Positions 35,956 to 48,497 are shown, counted from the first letter of the whole stretch. The stretch: DNA of 59,764 bases, filler included, from Circinaria calcarea (GCA_051942165.1; 10 parts of 10 records of this genome joined end to end with filler, not necessarily neighbours in it), one strand, 5' to 3'. Numbers and translations are program-made. Notes: generated from the letters alone by a model not told the origin.

Positions 35956-37017
35956 GATGAGTCAGTCGTTCGCCGTATCCTTCGTCACGCCATGGCAAAT
36001 CGTGTGTTCAAGGAGGTTCGAAAGGGAGTTGTTATTCACACAGTCATGTCAAAGCTGCTTGCAGAAGATCCGTTATTCCTAGAATACGTGGGTATAGGAA
36101 GCGAAGATATGTGGGCTGCAGCAGTGAATGTAGGTCATTGTTGCGGGTTAGGTTTATTCATTTTAATTATTCACAGACCGTCCCTGCGATGATCAAATGG
36201 CCAAACTCACAAGAGCCAACGCATACCGTAAGCTTGTCTCCCATCTTAATAGCTTTCTCCAGCTCACCAAGCTCTCAGGGATTTTCCTTTGCGAAAAACA
36301 CCGAAGACTCGATGTACCAGTACTTGGGGAAGCACCCGGACAAAGCAAAAAGGTTCGCTGCTGCAATGTCTGTGTCGATTACAGGCCATGGGTACGAGCT
36401 CGAGCACATCGTCAAGAACGGGCCGTGGGGTTCAATCGGAGCTGAAGGAGTTGTGGTCGACGTAGGGGGTTCCCACGGAGATGCGATGATTTCGATATCG
36501 AAAGCCTTTCCTACTCTCTGTTTCGTGGTCCAAGACCTTCCCTCCACAATTGAAGCTCATCCCGCTCTGCCTCCTGAGTTAGCCAATCGTATCACCTTCA
36601 TGGCCCACGATTTCTTCACCAGACAGCCAATTGAAAACGCCGATGTATTCTTCTTTCGCTGGATTTTCCACAACTGGCCGGACAAATACTGTCTGCTAAT
36701 CTTGCAAAATTTGATCCCGGCCCTGAAACCTGGGGCACGGATCGTCGTCAGCGAGTGGTGTTTGCCGGAGCCTCATACTATATCCAACAGGTTGGAGCGA
36801 AGAATGCGGTTCGAACTCCGATTTTTCTCCCTCGTTTTAAGATGCTAATTTTCCTCTCAGGGGGATGGACGTGTCTATGTTGACTATTCAGAATTCTCAA
36901 GAACGAGATCAAGATGACTGGATTAGTCTTTTCAGCCGCGCTGATAAAAGATTCAAATTCTTGGGTATTAAACACCCTAAAGGATCACACCTTTCGTTTA
37001 TTGAGTTCGGCTGGTAA
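35956..37017 (+). CDS. SAM-dependent O-methyltransferase (fungal secondary-metabolite type), multi-exon, 5' truncated
   Basis: RRILRHAM, VVDVGGSHG, VVQDLP, FMAHDFF, FFRWIFHNWPD, final exon MDVSMLTIQNSQERD...W; stop 37015-37017. Confidence 0.92.
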
Positions 37018-37246
37018 GATTTTCGGGGCAAAGCATCTATAGACGAATAGGTAGCTAAATAGGGCCCAAGGCCTTTTAATCTGTTTTCGGGCATAAATGG
37101 AAATGTAGTTTTTTAAACCTTGATTGAATATATCTACAACTCGCGTGGCAGCATTTCACCATTAAATGATTGATTACTATTTCACTATACGTTACATATA
37201 GAGGATGTAAGATGTCAAGTGTATAATAAGCTTAGAGAACAGAGCG

Positions 37247-40042
37247 TTATAATCCACGATCTAGTAAAGCACTCTTCAACTTCTTCTGAAACGCAAAAAC
37301 ATGGGTTGGACTAATCATGGTATAATGGGCGCCGTCGACCTCATGAAAGCGAGGCGGAGTTGCAGAAAAGTCGCGCCACTTGCTCAGATGTACCGCCAAC
37401 CACTGTTCTTTCGAACTCGCGACCGCAAGCAAAGGCACAGCGTAGAAGACATCGATATTCTGGACCGAACCCGAAGGTTCATATTCCCGAGCCATGCTCT
37501 GCAAGCTCAATGCCAGATCCGCCCATCTGGCCAACTTTCTTTCGTCCAGTCCTAGTTCCCTCATGCGATTGGGTGCTGCCACCTGAACCACATGTGCTAG
37601 GACTTGATCCCTGGTAGGCAACCGGTGCAGTTCCGGAGATAATGCCAGCGCATGTCTGTCGTTGATGAGGTCGAGAAAGTAAGACAGGTTGAGCAGGCAC
37701 TCAACCCAGTCGAGCTCTCGCATTCGGTGTTTGATGTGGGGCGGAAGGTTGAAGGAGCCTAGGAATTTGATTTCGTCATGGTTTCTGGATTCCATGATCT
37801 TTGCAATCTCGAATGCCAGCATCGATCCATACGAATATCCTGCGATAGCATAAGGACCGTTTGGCTGTTTCGTCTTGATTACCTCGTGATAGGCTTCCAC
37901 AGCGTCCTCTATACTGTGAAAGAACGGCTCTCCGTCAAATCCCCGGGCTCTCAAGGCATATACCGGCCGGTCGGTCATGAACTTAGCGAGTGCCAAGAAG
38001 ACAAGGATTTCTCCAACTCCGGGGTGGATAAGCCACAGGGGCGTTCTGGACCCATGACTTTGGAGAATCACGACCGGATCGTATCGGTGAGGCTTCTGGA
38101 TTTCTCCTAAAGCAAGTGCAAGAGATCGTACCGTAGGGTGAGTCAGAATTGTAACAATCGGTATATCAGCCTGCTTCAGGTGCATTTGAAGACGCTTTTT
38201 GAGCTTGATGAGATCAACAGAGGTCACGCCCATGTCAAAGATATTATGGTTGACCCCTAACTCATGTTTGGGAAAGTCAAAAACGCTTTCACATTCTTCG
38301 AGAATTGTTGCTTCCGTCTTATTTGCAGGTCCTTCGTGACGAGCCGCTTTATACAGAGCAACAGCCTTGTTGTTGAGTTCTTGATAGGATAAATAATCGC
38401 CTCGCTCAAAGGATGTCCGAATCTTAGCCCGAGAAAGCTTCCCTAGAGTGGATTTCTGTAACATGGAACCGTCCAACGGAAGTATATATGGTCTAACGCC
38501 CATCTGTAGCAAAGTCACCTTACAAATAGCATCATTAGTTTGGACTCGAGCCATGGCATCGTCGGTCTTGTAGGTTGGAAGATAAACCACGCATATATGC
38601 TCTGTTTGAGATGCATAAGGACGATATGAAAAGACAGCAATATAGCCCGACTGGGTTCCAACCAATGAGGCTTCTTCAAGGGAAACCTCGAGCTCGTGAG
38701 GGCTATAGTTGATTCCATTGATAATCATGGTGTCTTTTGCTCGACCGACAAGGTTTAACTGGCCGGACGCGTCGATAAATGCTTGATCACCCGTTCTAAA
38801 CCAACCATCACGAGTGAAGGCATCTGCAGTCGCAGATGGGTTGTTGTAATATTCCTTGAATACAATCGGGCCACTGACTTCGAGATCGCCACGCTCATTC
38901 GGCTCGGCTAGTTCTCCATTCTTCGTTGGCACCGTCACCCGCATCGTGATCCCAGGTATGCAGGAACCCAGAGCAGCAAACTCCCGTTGTTCTGCAAGAT
39001 CGTCCCGAGGGCAACCTTTATTGAAGATGGAACCAGCGCAGGTCTCTGTCATACCGAAACCAGGGCTGATGAAGCCGTCGCCGGCACCATAAGTTGCGAG
39101 AAATTTAGTCAAGGCATCACATGTCTCGACGAGATTAGCTTCACCCCCGGAAGTCAATGCTCGCAGGCAGGTAAGGTCCAGCTGATTCTGGACAGGGTCC
39201 ACACCCGGATTCCTTTTTATCGCTTCAAGAGCCTGCCTCAATTTTCCCAAGAAGAAATTAGGAGCAAAGGAAAATGCCACCCCGTGTTTGCTGAGAAGTT
39301 TGAGAAACGTGAGGGGTTCTGAAAGCAAATCTGCAGCATGGACATGGACTTGGTCTGCTCCAAGATACATTGCATGCAAGTGTCCTTCCACCAGACCCGC
39401 TACGTGATCAAGTGCGATCCAGTTGAGCAAAGTATCGCTACTTTGGGTACGGTGGCAATGGATTTTCCCGACGATAGCTTGGAGGATTTGGCCATGAGTC
39501 AGGCAGACCGCTTTTGCATTCCCTGTACTTCCGGAAGTAAGTATGAGGACAGCTAAGTCATGAGGTTTTAGGGCTTTTGAGTGGAGAGGTTTCGGGCAGG
39601 ACCATTTCTTGGCCAAACTGAGGCTTTCAACAGTGCTAGTCCTCAGTACATCCTGTCCAGCGAACTCAACCAGCAATTCTTGCCGAGTGATACACACAGG
39701 GTTTTTTAGGAGCGTGTTGAGATGGAAAATATGTTTCCTTCGCTGGTCGATACTGTTTGCCAGAGGGTTCGAGATCGTAGGAATGTATCCAGCAATTAGA
39801 ACAGACCAGAACCATTCAATGTTATCCAGATGATTTTTAAAGTGAATGAGCATATTCGAGCCAGGTGCCACACCGTCTATCTGGTGTAAAAGACGCGAGT
39901 TTTGCCGTGCTTTATGCAATAGTTCAGTATAAGTAACATGGTACGGGTTTTCGACGTTCCCGGGGGGATAAATCTGAAGGCCGCTATCTCCATTTTCGAT
40001 AGCTGCTAGGTTCAAAAGGTCCAATAAATTTTGAGGCTGCAT
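37247..40042 (-). CDS. NRPS-like A-T-TE enzyme (alpha-keto-acid-condensing family: AtrA/TdiA/MelA/ApvA/MicA type)
   Basis: LTSGSTGNAKAV, WIALDHVAG, FGMTETCAG, WFRTGD, PCP GVTSVD, TE GYSYG and GAHYTM; no C domain; intronless 931 aa. Confidence 0.95.
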   Translation of the reverse strand: MQPQNLLDLLNLAAIENGDSGLQIYPPGNVENPYHVTYTELLHKARQNSRLLHQIDGVAPGSNMLIHFKNHLDNIEWFWSVLIAGYIPTISNPLANSIDQRRKHIFHLNTLLKNPVCITRQELLVEFAGQDVLRTSTVESLSLAKKWSCPKPLHSKALKPHDLAVLILTSGSTGNAKAVCLTHGQILQAIVGKIHCHRTQSSDTLLNWIALDHVAGLVEGHLHAMYLGADQVHVHAADLLSEPLTFLKLLSKHGVAFSFAPNFFLGKLRQALEAIKRNPGVDPVQNQLDLTCLRALTSGGEANLVETCDALTKFLATYGAGDGFISPGFGMTETCAGSIFNKGCPRDDLAEQREFAALGSCIPGITMRVTVPTKNGELAEPNERGDLEVSGPIVFKEYYNNPSATADAFTRDGWFRTGDQAFIDASGQLNLVGRAKDTMIINGINYSPHELEVSLEEASLVGTQSGYIAVFSYRPYASQTEHICVVYLPTYKTDDAMARVQTNDAICKVTLLQMGVRPYILPLDGSMLQKSTLGKLSRAKIRTSFERGDYLSYQELNNKAVALYKAARHEGPANKTEATILEECESVFDFPKHELGVNHNIFDMGVTSVDLIKLKKRLQMHLKQADIPIVTILTHPTVRSLALALGEIQKPHRYDPVVILQSHGSRTPLWLIHPGVGEILVFLALAKFMTDRPVYALRARGFDGEPFFHSIEDAVEAYHEVIKTKQPNGPYAIAGYSYGSMLAFEIAKIMESRNHDEIKFLGSFNLPPHIKHRMRELDWVECLLNLSYFLDLINDRHALALSPELHRLPTRDQVLAHVVQVAAPNRMRELGLDERKLARWADLALSLQSMAREYEPSGSVQNIDVFYAVPLLAVASSKEQWLAVHLSKWRDFSATPPRFHEVDGAHYTMISPTHVFAFQKKLKSALLDRGL

Positions 40043-40499
40043 GTTCGGTGAGAAGCTCCCAGCAACTCAGCATAGAATGAAGCGGCGGTCTGAAGTCGCT
40101 TTCACAGATATGAAGAATGCAACAAACGAAGCTTAGATACTAAGTTGCAATCACAAAAAGAGCACCTACCTTTTCCACGAGCTTGAGGAGGCACTGTCTC
40201 AATGGGTAAATGGGATCCCAGCGGAGTGATGCGTCTTAGAAAGCGGTAGGGGCTGAGAATCCACTAGCTGTACCAGTACGGCGTTGGTCATCCTCTCTGT
40301 AGGCTCCCTATACGGTGTTGCCGCTGCACTCTCGTCTTTTTCCACGGTTCGATCACCATTTTGCGGTGCAGGTTCCTCCAAGGCTCTGAGAGATGCACAT
40401 TCAAAACCATGCAGCAAGGATTAAAGGCTAGGGCGAGGACTTCGAAGAGGCCGAGTTAGCGTTAGATGCCGGTTCACTGCATGATGGTCACAGAAACTA

Positions 40500-40690
40500 C
40501 TACGGTGGCAGGCAAAATAGTTCGTAGCGCTGCAGATCCCGTAGGGGTTAATTTCTTGCCATAATATCTATATCGCCATATCAATTTGTATGTGAAGCTA
40601 GACAGACAATAGTGTAATTTTATTAGCTAAATAAAAGCAGCATTGCCAAGCTTGCCAAGACGCTACGAATTATTTTGCCTGCCACCGTAG
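40500..40690. mobile_element. Tc1/mariner-type MITE (~190 bp) with TA TSD
   Basis: TA|ctacggtggcaggcaaaatagttcgtagcg ... cgctacgaattattttgcctgccaccgtag|TA. Confidence 0.85.
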
Positions 40691-41623
40691 TAGATAATAG
40701 GTAGGTAGGTTGACGCTATCTTTGAAAACGTACGCTGCAGACATTTAGATATTGCGGCGTGCTGTGCACACCGACAGCCTTATTATACCTGTCTTGAACC
40801 AATCGTATACCAGGTCCGGAGCTATGAGGGAATTTCCAACCAATTACTATATATCCCGTTTCTAGTTCCGCTTTCCTCCCGGCCCAACATAGTTCTCGAT
40901 ATGTCTGACGTTGTACACGGCGTCGATCCAGTAAGCTACGTAAGCTACCACGACTTGATCAGTTTTTTAGGGGGAAAAAGTCACCCGTGCTTCACTGATC
41001 CAGCGAGCTCCGCAGCCCTCCGCAACCCAAGAGCCAATCATGAAAGCCCATATTGGCACTTAGTCGTCGGCTTCTCCGCCCGCAAAGTGATCTGATAGGC
41101 TGTCACCCAATGCCAACCTGCATGCTTTGCCTTAGGATCATGCACTGTCCGTCTTGCTCCTGGGTGAAATCCGACCAACTCGGGACCCATCTGGAATGTT
41201 TGACCAAAGGAGGGCTTCCAAATAATGCGCGTAACAACAGTGTGCCGAGGTGTGTAGAGACTGAAGCATCTCGGTGTTCTGGAACCTGTGGACTGCACTT
41301 TGTCTTCTTTGAATGGCAAATTCCCATCCTCGCCGGCATTTCGTTAAGGATTTCGGGTACGCTGTTAGTTGCTAGGTAGTCTGTATCCCAGCCTTAGGCA
41401 TATGCATGATAAGCTTGCCTACCTATGTAAGTTTTCACGATTGCTTATACCACTTGTTTGAGAAGCAAGCACGAAATTCAACAAAACTGATTCAATATAT
41501 AGGCGTTTGTGCTCTAAACAACAGTCGCTGTTTCTATTCATCACCGTTTACATTATCCGAAACCCATTCCTTCATCTAAATCACCTCTCAAGAATTGTGG
41601 TGCGTGAACACGTGAGTTTCGGA

Positions 41624-41836
41624 ATGGATCCTCAACTGGCATTTCTGGGAATGGGCAATATGGGTCGGGTATGTGTAGATTCAGGAGATAACTGGCGTAG
41701 CTAACAATTGCTAACTCGACCAACCCCAGGCTATGAGCAAGAACCTAATAGCCAAGGGAGACCTAAAAAAGCCGCTTATCCTTTGGAACAGGACATACAG
41801 CCGTGCTACCGACCATAGCGTCAGAGTCGGGTACTC
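41624..41836 (+). CDS. 6-phosphogluconate/3-hydroxyisobutyrate dehydrogenase-like NAD(P)-binding protein, 5' part
   Basis: MDPQLAFLGMGNMGR, GT-AG intron, then AMSKNLIAKG...LILWNRT. Confidence 0.75.
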
Positions 41837-42365
41837 NNNNNNNNNNNNNNNNNNNNNNNNNNNNNNNNNNNNNNNNNNNNTTAATTAATTAANNNNNNNN
41901 NNNNNNNNNNNNNNNNNNNNNNNNNNNNNNNNNNNNCTTCCCCCCAAATGTCTTGCCGCCCTCGGAATGCGCCGTATCAACCAGTATTAACCTTTTATAT
42001 TCGGTTTATTTTTCCGAGTTCACAGCATGCACGCACTAATTCGCCTCAGTCTTATAAATGAACGTCGATTATTTTAAAAAAATTGAACACCAGCACAGGG
42101 CGAATGCGTTTGGTTACTCCAGGGCAAATTGTCAAACCTTTTCGGTTAGCTCCTCGGGCCTATATTATCCCGAGCGCCCACACACATATAGATAGATTCT
42201 CTTATTGCATAATATATATAGTAAAGCATAGCAGACATACACACAATTAAAATAAAAATTATTTTCTTATTTATTCATCGATATTATATAGTGACGCCGT
42301 AGCTAAACACAATACTAATTAATTAATATTTAATATAAATAAAATTTCGTTAACTATTAATAAAC

Positions 42366-42585
42366 TGTAAGGATCCTTTACGAATAGTATAATAATCTTA
42401 CGATAAGGGTCGGTAAATTGTGTGATAATGAGCTCAATGAGTTCGCGTAAGCGTATGAATTATTGCTAAAGAATTCTGGTGTAACGCTTCGCGAAGAAAA
42501 CCATTTTCGCTAAGCCAACACCTCGTGACCTCGGTGTATAGTTCCCCCGTAGGGTTCGTAGGGGTTCTCGGGTAGAGCCCTTACA
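42366..42585. mobile_element. Solo LTR copy 1 inside an AT-rich repeat relic (about 41937-42900)
   Basis: TGTAAGG...CCTTACA termini; highly similar to 48016-48237. Confidence 0.85.
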
Positions 42586-42974
42586 TTAATTCAGGTAATA
42601 TTTTTAAGTTTTTAAAAAAAATTAATTAAATTTAGGTAGTAATTATTAATTAACGTTTTTAAAAGGTTATTAGGTAATTATAACCGAGCTAAGGAGCCGT
42701 AATAGGCCGCCCCCCTTATTAAGCCGTATTCAGCTGCTTTTACTCCCTCTCCGCTCCCCCCGTGCTCCCTTATGCTCCTTCTTTACTCCCCCGCTGCTTT
42801 CTTACTGCTCCCTCTTAAAGCAGCCTTGCTCCCTTTCCACACTGAAAACAGATCAGGCTCACCCCATCTCGGGGAATATATAATATATAAATATATATAC
42901 GTCCTGTCAATCTAGTCGCACTGCTTGGGTATTGGTTTGTTTTCTTACCATACAGTAGATATATCGCTATACTA

Positions 42975-44298
42975 TCAATCCTCATTGGCTAGTATATAGC
43001 GATACCTGGCTTTCCCTTCTCCCATCTCCCTTAAGACCTCGTTGACATCCTTCATTTTTCTAACTTCAACCCATGGTTGGATATCCTCCTTCACAGCGAG
43101 TCGTAGCATATCCTCCACCTCCTTGACTGTACCAATATCGTTGAATCCGATCGAAATGCCCCGTTCGATCAGCCCGGCGACCTCAAGAGGCGGCATGGGG
43201 TCGTCTGGCATGCCAATCTGGCAGAACCGACCTTTGGTCCGTAGCAACTTCAGATAATCGTTGAGTGGCATATCTGCTGAGGACACCGTACTCACAATCA
43301 GATCGAGCGAATGGGCGTGCTTGACTGCCCAGTCTGGTTCGTCAGCTGTCGCAACGTAGAGGTCCGCTCCTAGTTTGAGCGCATCGGCCCGTTTGCTTGC
43401 GCGCCGTGATATAGCAACCACGCGGTCACACTTCAAGGCCCGAGCAAAGAGGACTGCAAAGTGTCCGAGACCACCAACCCCGATAATACCGACACGCTTC
43501 CCGGGGCCCGCTCCGTGCTCAGATAGGGGGACAAATGCGGTGATGCCCGCGCAGAGCATAGGAGCGGCCGCTTCGCTAGCAAGCCCATCAGGAATCCGAA
43601 TAGTTGAATCGCCGGGCACTCGACAATAGTTTGCAAAGCCGCCGTTGCTTTTACAGCCACTAGGGAAGGTCCCATTATATGCTGGAATACGGCGAGGACA
43701 GTAGTTCTCCATGCCGCTCGAACATTCGTCGCAGTCTGGTCGCCTGCACACGTAGACTACAGGGCCAACACCGAGTCGATCACCGACCCTTGGTCACCTG
43801 TCAGTAGCGGGGGAGAAAGCAGTCTGGGCGAGAGATACGAACTTGATATCCTTTTCAACCTTCCTTCCGACCCGCACAGCTTCGCCAACGATTTCGTGAC
43901 CCACACAGCATGGGTACTCGGTTGGGCCCTGAAGCAAAGTCAACGACACGAGGTGGGCGTCTGTTCCATAGGGAACGTACCCATCCACTCCTTAGAACAT
44001 GCAGGTCCGAGCCACATACACCGCAGCAAGTGATCTTGATATCGACATCCGTCTCCTCCCATTTCTTTGGCTGGAACGACTGGAGCTTCAAAGCGCTATC
44101 CACCGACTTCTCGTCGAGTGCCATCCAGCCAATGAACCGGGAATATAACCCATCCTCCCCGTCGCGTTCCCCGTCCACATCGGAGGGTGTTGGTGCAGCT
44201 CTTTTCCCTTTACCATCGTCGCCGCAATCCAGCGAGGGTTTCTCGAGTGTCTCGAGGTCGGGAACAGTCGTTGGCAGGGAGGGAGTGGAGAGTGCCAT
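42975..44298 (-). CDS. Zn-dependent NADP(H) alcohol dehydrogenase (ADH6/cinnamyl-ADH-like), 3 exons
   Basis: CGVCGSD, GHEIVG, structural Zn C..C..C...C, APMLCAGIT, GVGGLGH, GKARYRY. Confidence 0.92.
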
Positions 44299-45264
44299 GT
44301 GGTGGGGGATGCCTTTAGATCAGATATTAGTCATTAGCGCGCTACTGCTCTGCTCCAAGAAGATATTTGGGTTGGAGTTGCAGTATTACTCTAACATCAG
44401 GTAACTTGGGGACTCTTAAGTGTGCTGGTATCACAGCCTGGCGTATTGTACCTCTCGTTCCAACCTCCTCTAGCCACCTAAGCTGACCGACCGGAAGATT
44501 ACGGCCATTGTCCGATACCAGGTTACGAGCATGCAGACAAGCATGGAGACACTGTGCATGTTGGGATCGTGGCCGGCTGAAGTCCAGCTTGGGCCGTGCA
44601 TAAGAGGAAGACCGGCATACACTGGGACCTGCATGCACGGAGATCAAGGAGGGGAAGAAAAGCCAACGAGTGGAGTTGATAATCGGAACCATGGCTTTGC
44701 ATTACTCGACAAAGATCTCGGCGCCTAGGCGAGTAGCGGACATGATCGGTATGCCTCGATTGAAGCTCGCATGCTTTTGCAAATATTCATTGGCGCCCCA
44801 TACGCCTTCGACTTCTTCATGTGTACGGAATCGACAGGGGTGGGCAGTCTTCGCAATGGCGAGCTTCCACCTTGTGAGCTGGACTTTGCCAGAATCGCGC
44901 AATGTGGCCTACTTCGGGCCAAGGTGGACAGCTGAGCATGGCATGAAGCAACGTCTCTTAAGGGCAGTCACTACTGCCGCTGCCATACTGGGTTGCACTA
45001 CCTCGTACCCATGGCTGCCTCAGATACGCTGGCGTAAACTGTGCAGAAAGCTAGCTCTGCCGCAGCAAGCTTAGAGTGATGATCTCAAAGTGAGGTGCTT
45101 GCTGCGCGTCCATGCCGTCCGAGATTCTGGTCTGAGTGGGACGTCAACGGTGCTACTCCAAGATGGTAGCTCAAAGAAAATAAAAGGAAAAGCCCAGAGG
45201 AAGGCTTTCTTTATGCTGTCTCTAACTACTTGAAATTTCTCGACCGTGGCACGGACGGTCAGAC

Positions 45265-47494
45265 ATGACCCAAGTCATGCATCCCACGTCTTTCAAGCAA
45301 CAATGGGCCCGCTGCCTAGTTCGAGAGAACCTCTACCGCGAGCTGACTTGTCACAATGCAAAGGAATCAAGCTCTGGTACTCGACGCCTAAGGGACCTTG
45401 CGGTGCTTGATATTAGTAGGAAGGCTCCAATAAGCCCTGTCCAGCTGCCACTGGCACCGTCTCCTGAAAATTGTCAGAGGTCGGGACTGAGGGCTGTAAA
45501 GCTTAAGGTGTGCATCGTTGGTGCTGGTATCGCGGGGCTTTACACTGCAATGCTCTTGGATAGCCTTAATCTTCCAGGAGTATCATATGAATTGCTCGAA
45601 GCGTCGGAACGGCCTGGTGGCAGGGTCAAGACCCATCACTTTTCCCCCACCCTTCACGACTATTGTGACACAGGGGCCATGAGATATCCCAGAATCCCAT
45701 TCATGGAAAGGTGATGCATTTGCAAACGCCCTGCATGGAGTGCTGAGTTACTCATCTTTCTTATATAACAGAGCGTTTCGGCTGTTTCATCTAACCGGGG
45801 TTCCTTTAACTCCATATCACTTCCACGGACCCAACTGCCCGACCCTCTATAACGATATCTTGCAAGGGGACCAGCAACCCAACGAATTGGATGTTTTCAG
45901 ATTCGGTGTAACTAACGGAGGTTTAGTCCCAGACAGGTTCGGAATCTTCGTTCATATACCCTCACCGTTCATTGCAGCAGGATGTGTCGTTCCCCACACT
46001 GACTCCGACCCGCACCCTCTAAAAAAATAAACCGGAGAACGTCATCTTTTTCAACTTGCCGCTAATGATAATGACCTAGCAGTTATGTGGCAAAAGGCGC
46101 TAGCCAGATGCTCGAGGAGGCGTTCAAGCCATACAAAGACGCGCTGGCGATTGACTTTGACGGGAATTTTGATCTTCTATTGCAACAAGACGAGCATTCT
46201 ACCAGAGATTATTTGCGCCATAGAATGTAGGTGTCACCGTCCAAGACCTCTAGTTAACGGAAGAGCTGCTGGGTTAACCAAAATCCATCCTATAGGAAAT
46301 ATGACTACCATACTATTCAATGGTTGGAGACTATGGGCAGGTGAGGGTGTTACGCTTCCTTAGTAAATTGTTAGCATTCACAAGCTGATACCCGATGGTT
46401 TACTTGTATAAAGTGCGACGGGCCTCTTTGACGAGGCTTTTACAGAGAGCGTCATTGACTCCCTGGATTTTGACTATTCTGTAGAGCCAGTCAAATGGCA
46501 TTGCATCGATGGAGGTACTTCCTTACTCGTGGACAGAATGCTCAAGCTCATCAAGGGCAAAGTATCATTCAGAAAGCGCGTCATATCCATAGCTATCGAT
46601 AGGACGGTTACGAGCGAGTCGAACATGGTGGTGAAGGTCAACTCTGAAGAACTGCCGCGACGCTACGCCACAGTTTTCAACACGACAAGTCTAGCCTGCA
46701 TGCAGCGTATGGACCTTGGAAAGGCAGAACTACACCCAGCACAGAAAGATGCCATTCGAACCCTTCACTATGATACATCTGCAAAGGTCGCCATTAAATT
46801 CAGCTACCCATGGTGGGTCACCAAATGCGGTATCACCCGGGCCGGTGTGGCTTCGACGGACCTGCCCCTGCGGAATTGTGTGTATCCATCATACAGTCTC
46901 TCCGATAGCACCACCGAACCAGCAGTACTTCTCTGCTCGTATACTTGGGCTCAGGATGCACAACGAATAGGCTCATTGATCATGGACAACTCCCCCGAGG
47001 GCGAAGAAGAGCTAGTGGACTTGATACTCCGGAACCTGGCTCGACTGCATGCAAGGAGCATAAGTTATGACGAGATCAAAAAGGCTTACATGACGCATTA
47101 CTCATGGGACTGGTCCAAAGATCAGTACACATCCGGCGCTTTCGCATTGTTTGGTCCTGGCCAATTCGCCAATTTGTATCCATATCTCGTTAGACCGGCG
47201 GCCGACGCAAAGCTGCATATCCTTGGCGAAGCTGCCAGTGCACATCATGCTTGGTTGGTCGGCTCGTTGGATAGTGCTTACCGAGCCGTCCATCACTTCC
47301 TTCACAGGTTTGAGCTTTATGATGGTATCGATCAGTTGCAGCGCCAATGGGGCGCTGTCGGTGAGCTGGAAACCGGTAGCAGCGGGACTGCGCATCTCCA
47401 GGTAGCTCTGGGAAGACTTCGACCGGAGGAGCACATTCAGGTTGCAGGGGCGAACGATCTTGACGATTATGTGTTTGTACCGCGTGGCGGTTAG
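45265..47494 (+). CDS. Flavin amine oxidase / L-amino-acid oxidase-like protein, multi-exon
   Basis: VCIVGAGIAGL, EASERPGGRVKT, GAMRYP, TDLPLRNCVYPSY, YTWAQDAQR, GAFALFGPGQF, GEAASAHHAWLVGSLDSA. Confidence 0.9.
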
Positions 47495-48015
47495 AATATT
47501 ATATACTTGCAACCATAGAAAAAAAAATCCAACCAGGAGGCTAAGGGTTATCATATCGGATCTTTTTCGACTTTTGCCCCTCCTAGCTGAATAAGAGTTT
47601 ATTTTACAAACCTCAATAGATTTTCACTAGAGATATGAATAGCTTGTTTTTTCCACCTACATTCAGATGTGATACCAGCAGCATGCCCATTCATTCATTC
47701 CACCCTGTTTTATCTGCATCATTTCTTTCTTTCTTTCCCCACTCTCGAACCCATGAGAGCCTAACTCGTATGGTAATCCCCCATATCCCATGTCCCATGT
47801 CCAACGCTAAAAACGNNNNNNNNNNNNNNNNNNNNNNNNNNNNNNNNNNNNNNNNNNNNTTAATTAATTAANNNNNNNNNNNNNNNNNNNNNNNNNNNNN
47901 NNNNNNNNNNNNNNNTTTTACAAAAAAAAAAAAAAAAAAACTTCCCGGAACTCGGTTTCCCCGTTCCGCTTACTCCGTACCATACCCGTCCCCGGATCTA
48001 AAACCGACTTTTTTC

Positions 48016-48237
48016 TGTAAGGATCCTCTACGAAATAGTATGATGATCTTACGAAATAAGGGTCGGTAAATTGTGTGAGAATGAGCTCGATGGGTTCGCA
48101 TAGCGTATGCAGTATTGCTAAAGAGTTCTGGTGTAACGCTTCGCGAGGAAAACCCCTCTCGCTAAGCTAACACCTCGGGACCTCGGTGTATAGTTCACCC
48201 GTAGGGTTTGTAGGGGTTCTCGGGTAGAGCTCTTACA
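48016..48237. mobile_element. Solo LTR copy 2 with 5-bp TSD
   Basis: ttttc|TGTAAG...CTTACA|ttttc. Confidence 0.9.
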
Positions 48238-48448
48238 TTTTCGTTACAATGTGTGGATTTTCTTTTTTGCTTTTTCAATGACTACGGCTATTGTGGGGAA
48301 GAACATACAAAGATAGGGGGAGCCGGGGGGGGGGACTCTTGCAATTTTCCAAATCGACAAGTTTCAATTAATACTCCCGATCGACAAAGTTTTTCCATTT
48401 TTTGGTCAACAACACCCATTGCAGTTTCTTTCTTTTTTCGCCGTTCTG

Positions 48449-48497
48449 TACCCAACCCAACCCAACCCAACCCAAACCGAACCGAACCAAACCAAAC
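48449..48497. repeat. Compound pentanucleotide microsatellite (ACCCA/ACCGA/ACCAA)
   Basis: cccaacccaacccaacccaacccaaaccgaaccgaaccaaaccaaac. Confidence 0.8.

Noticed and set aside
37247..47494. L-amino-acid oxidase and ADH as part of the NRPS-like cluster (keto-acid supply)
   Set aside because: Chemically attractive, but they are separated by the artificial spacer at 41837-41936, so there is no linkage evidence
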